From positions 1 to 45,300 of the forward strand of contig CAIWTG010000221.1 of NCBI GenBank assembly GCA_903915565.1: a stretch of DNA of 45,300 nucleotides, given 5' to 3'. Source of the DNA: an uncultured Chloroflexota bacterium. Its GTDB lineage: Bacteria > Chloroflexota > Dehalococcoidia > Dehalococcoidales > RBG-16-60-22. Under the pieces are notes generated by a model that saw only the letters and a program-made list of their open reading frames with translations, was not told the DNA's origin and did not search any database. Position 1 is the stretch's first letter. Each line of letters starts with the position of its first letter. Below are positions 42,281-45,300 of this stretch, in pieces. The position numbers were made by a program, and so were the translations under genes.

Positions 42281-43519
42281 ATGAATAAAAAATTAAGCCT
42301 GCCGTTGGAGGGAATAAGGGTCCTCGACTTCTGCCAGATGTGGGCGGGACCCCATGCCACCGAATGGCTCTCCGTCATGGGCGCGGAGGTCATTAAGGTT
42401 GAAACCTCCAGCCGCATTGACTACATGCGTACCGTTGGTGCGCCGCCCGGCATGGCCGGGAAGGGTCCCAACGTCGGCAGCGCTTTCGCGTCGCTTAACT
42501 GGGGCAAGAAAAGCATCACCCTCAATATGACCACGCCCAAAGGACAGGAGCTGGCGAAAAAGCTGATTAAGCTCTGCGACGTGGTGGCGGAAAATTTCGG
42601 GGGCGGTGTATTGGAGCGCTGGGGCTTAAGCTACGAAGAAATGAAAAAAATCAAACCGGATATTATCTATTACGCCGGTTCGGGTTACGGCCGGAGCGGA
42701 CCGCATAAAGAACGCCCGGCTTATGCTGAAATCGTTGACGCCTTTTCGGGAGCCACCTTCTCCAACGGCTACCCCGGCGGCGAGCCGAACGTCATCGGCG
42801 TCTCGCCCTGGACGGACGGCGCACAGGCCATCCACGGCGCGGTGGCGATGATGACCGCGCTCTACTATAAACAAAATACCGGCGATGGGCAGTATATTGA
42901 CGCCGCCATGATTGAGGGGCACGCCAACTTCCTGGGGGAAATGGTGATGGGCTACATCATTAACGGCGCCGTCGGTCAACCCGTCGGCAACCGCGATGCA
43001 TTTATGGCGCCCCACGGCTGTTACCCCTGCAAAAAAACCGGCGACGAGGATGAATGGATTGCCCTGGCGGTAGCCGACCAAAAGGAATGGGAAGCCCTCT
43101 GTAAGTCAATGGGCAACCCCGACTGGACGAAAAACGACGCCTTTCGTGATGAGCCGGGCCGCTGGGAAAACCAGGAAGAGCTGGATAAATATTTATCTGA
43201 ATGGACGCGACAGTACGGCGCTTATGAGTTAACCGAACGTCTGCAAAAAGCCGGCATCGCCGCGACGCCTTCCTTCAGCACCAGACAGCTTACCCATGAT
43301 ACACACATCAGTGCGCGGGGCTTCTTTAAAAAACCCCTTCACCCGGTGTTGGGCGATAAAGTCCTAGCCGGCTTGCCCATTAAGTTCAGCGACTATGCCG
43401 AGGGCAATTATCAGACCCCGCCCCTCCTCGGTGAGCATAATGACTATGTTTTCGGCCAACTCCTCGGTCTATCCCAAGATGAAATCCGCCGCCTCACCGA
43501 GGAAAAGGTTTTAAGTTAA
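42281..43519 (+). CDS. Family III CoA-transferase (CaiB/BaiF/Frc-like), copy 2
   Basis: 412 aa. VLDFCQMWAGPHATEWLSVMGAEVIKVE, AYAEIVDAFSG (catalytic Asp context) and GEHND. It starts 1 nt after the copy 1 stop. Confidence 0.85.
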   Translation: MNKKLSLPLEGIRVLDFCQMWAGPHATEWLSVMGAEVIKVETSSRIDYMRTVGAPPGMAGKGPNVGSAFASLNWGKKSITLNMTTPKGQELAKKLIKLCDVVAENFGGGVLERWGLSYEEMKKIKPDIIYYAGSGYGRSGPHKERPAYAEIVDAFSGATFSNGYPGGEPNVIGVSPWTDGAQAIHGAVAMMTALYYKQNTGDGQYIDAAMIEGHANFLGEMVMGYIINGAVGQPVGNRDAFMAPHGCYPCKKTGDEDEWIALAVADQKEWEALCKSMGNPDWTKNDAFRDEPGRWENQEELDKYLSEWTRQYGAYELTERLQKAGIAATPSFSTRQLTHDTHISARGFFKKPLHPVLGDKVLAGLPIKFSDYAEGNYQTPPLLGEHNDYVFGQLLGLSQDEIRRLTEEKVLS

Positions 43520-43523
43520 CCTA

Positions 43524-43552
43524 TTGACTTAAATTTTTTTTTACGATAAGAT
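43524..43552 (+). promoter_or_regulatory. Candidate promoter of the small membrane protein gene
   Basis: TTGACT (43524-43529), 17-nt spacer, TAAGAT (43547-43552). AGGAGG SD before the ATG at 43591. Confidence 0.4.
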
Positions 43553-43590
43553 AGGTTTCTGGTGCCTGTTTTAGGCCAGGAGGTGCGTAC

Positions 43591-43794
43591 ATGGTAATTG
43601 GGGCAATAATAATCGCCGTTGGCATTATCGCTTTGCTGGTAACGACGGGTACAGTATCCGGTTCGATTTGGCAATATACCTGGCCGACCGTTTTAATCAT
43701 ACTCGGTTTATCTTTTATCCTTGGCAGATTCCGCCGCTGGTGGTGGTTCAGCGGACCGCCCTGGGACCATAAGGATAAAGATAAACATGAGTAA
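43591..43794 (+). CDS. Small two-TM membrane protein with a basic/aromatic tail
   Basis: 67 aa. Two hydrophobic helices, then RFRRWWWFSGPPWDHKDKDKHE. Good SD. Confidence 0.55.
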   Translation: MVIGAIIIAVGIIALLVTTGTVSGSIWQYTWPTVLIILGLSFILGRFRRWWWFSGPPWDHKDKDKHE

Positions 43795-44001
43795 TACCGA
43801 CGTATTTTATACTTACACTCTCATGTAATTTGGTGCCGGTAAAAGTCGCAAGTTCTGCAACGAGGCCAAGCTATTAGCTATCCCGGCGTCAGTTTGCGTT
43901 CTCACATGTCTGCGCTCCCACTGCTAGCTTAAAGGCGATTTACTCCGCCGTTATTAACGTATTATTCTGCCGTTTTTTCGGCATTACTTTATTGGAGTTT
44001 T

Positions 44002-45300
44002 ATGCAGGAATACACTAAAAAATTAGGTGAAGCTCCGCTCGGCAAGCTGCTTATCGCTTTAAGTCTGCCCGGTATTGCCTCCACTATTACGACGAGCCTT
44101 TATAATATCGTGGATACCCTCTGGGTAGCCAGGATAGGCCATGAGGCCATCGCCGCATTGACGATTAGCTTCCCTTACCAGATTCTCTTTTATGCCGTCG
44201 GCGGCGGTACGGGCATCGGCATCAGCGCGCTGGTTTCGCGGCATTTTGGCGAGAAAAATGTTAATGCGACAAACCAGGTAGCCGGTCAAATTTTCTTTCT
44301 CGCCGCCTTCTGGGGTTTGCTTTTCATGTTGATATCCGTCTTCTTTGCCGACAGACTGCTGCCTCTAATGGGCGCCACGCCCGATATCATAGAGTACAGC
44401 CGGGTTTTCTTCGTCATTATTTCTTACGGGGCGCCGCTGATTATTCTGGCAATCATCATGAGCAGCCTTATCCGCGGCTCCGGTGATGCTGTCAAGCCGA
44501 TGATTATCATGGTGACTGGTACAGTTGTCAACATCATCCTTGACCCCTTCCTTATATTTGGCATTGGACCCTTCCCGGAAATGGGCGTCGCCGGGGCTGC
44601 CTGGTCAACTTTTACCGCTCAAGGCTGTGCTGCAGCATTGGGTTTATATTTCTTCTTCGCCCGTAAAACCGCTTTCCATGTTAAACCGGCTCACCTCCGC
44701 CCGAACTGGACGATTATCAAAGACATCTACCACGTCGGCGCGCCGACGGCGGTGTTCCAGGTTGCCGAAAGCATGGTTTTCTTATTGCTTAATACCATGA
44801 TCTCCATGTTCGGCTCGGTGGCACTGGCTGCCCTTGGTATCGTGATGCGCATTTCCGACTTTGCCTATATGCCGATTATGGGCGTATCTTACGGACTGCT
44901 GCCTATTGTTGGTTATTGCTTCGGGGCGGGCAACTATAAACGACTGTGGGATGCGTTAAAGAAGGCGACTTGGGGCATAACTATATTATTACTCGTGGTT
45001 ACGGTTTTGATCGAGATATTCGCCCCGTGGCTTATCGGAATCTTTACCCAGGAACCCTCACTGCTCGGCACCGCCGTTACCGCGATGCGGATATCCATGA
45101 TTTCCATGGTTTTGATTGGTTTTAATATCCTGGTTACAACTACGCTGCAGGGGCTTTCTAAGGGCGTTACGGCGCTGGTGCTGTCGCTCATCAAACAGTT
45201 TGTGGTGTTTGTCCCCATACTTTACCTCTGCCGTTATCTGTGGGACCTAACCGGGGTATGGATTTCCTGGCCTATTGCGGACGCCATCAGTACGGCGGTA
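44002..45300 (+). CDS. MATE-family efflux transporter (3' end outside the window)
   Basis: The frame opening at the ATG at 44002 appeared open where I translated it. It was checked by eye for the first ~135 codons only. The absence of a track ORF in this frame is consistent with it running off the window. The N-terminus MQEYTKKLGEAPLGKLLIALSLPGIASTITTSLYNIVDTLWVARIGHEAIAALTISFPYQ is typical of MATE proteins. It is not in the ORF track because no stop lies in the window. Confidence 0.8.
   Translation, partial: MQEYTKKLGEAPLGKLLIALSLPGIASTITTSLYNIVDTLWVARIGHEAIAALTISFPYQILFYAVGGGTGIGISALVSRHFGEKNVNATNQVAGQIFFLAAFWGLLFMLISVFFADRLLPLMGATPDIIEYSRVFFVIISYGAPLIILAIIMSSLIRGSGDAVKPMIIMVTGTVVNIILDPFLIFGIGPFPEMGVAGAAWSTFTAQGCAAALGLYFFFARKTAFHVKPAHLRPNWTIIKDIYHVGAPTAVFQVAESMVFLLLNTMISMFGSVALAALGIVMRISDFAYMPIMGVSYGLLPIVGYCFGAGNYKRLWDALKKATWGITILLLVVTVLIEIFAPWLIGIFTQEPSLLGTAVTAMRISMISMVLIGFNILVTTTLQGLSKGVTALVLSLIKQFVVFVPILYLCRYLWDLTGVWISWPIADAISTAV

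Noticed and set aside
43795-44001. A possible riboswitch or leader element upstream of the MATE transporter gene, for example a guanidine/ykkC-type element.
   Set aside because: Only weak, short stems are present (AGCT-ATT-AGCT and TGCCG-TTTTTT-CGGCA) and I recognise no conserved riboswitch core. A covariance-model scan would be needed to exclude one.

Overview
This 45.3-kb window looks like ordinary chromosomal DNA from a moderately GC-rich bacterium, roughly mid-50s % GC by eye. The gene content suggests an anaerobe: a ferredoxin-type 2-oxoacid oxidoreductase, corrinoid methyltransferases and an enoate-reductase-type flavoenzyme. A Chloroflexota/Dehalococcoidia-like origin is only a guess. 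I recognise about 45 protein genes and 2 tRNAs (initiator tRNA-Met and tRNA-Gly-CCC). I see no rRNA, no CRISPR array and no transposase, integrase or phage genes. All family calls come from reading motifs in the supplied translations and DNA; no database search was run.

Main points:
1. A heliorhodopsin gene (2940..3707) has all the hallmark motifs and lies 25 nt upstream of a DegV fatty-acid-binding gene.
2. A methyltransferase island of about 9 kb (20620..29437, minus strand) encodes one B12-binding corrinoid protein, five tandem diverged URO-D-fold methyltransferase paralogs of about 445 aa, and one pterin-binding methyl-THF methyltransferase. It is bracketed by the two tRNA genes.
3. A tightly packed six-gene plus-strand operon (11330..16743) encodes an SRPBCC protein, an OYE/FAD enoate-reductase-like enzyme, three tandem paralogous cupins and a secreted, membrane-anchored protein of unknown function.
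4. A MarR regulator plus a four-subunit 2-oxoacid:ferredoxin oxidoreductase is divergent from two tandem family-III CoA-transferases. Two GTTC/GAAC palindromes sit in the shared control region.
5. REP/MITE-like palindromic elements and stable hairpins occupy intergenic spacers. Other oddities include a G/P/N/Y-rich repeat tail and a start-codon or frameshift anomaly in a GT-C glycosyltransferase-like gene.

Most long antisense ORFs in the track are judged spurious.
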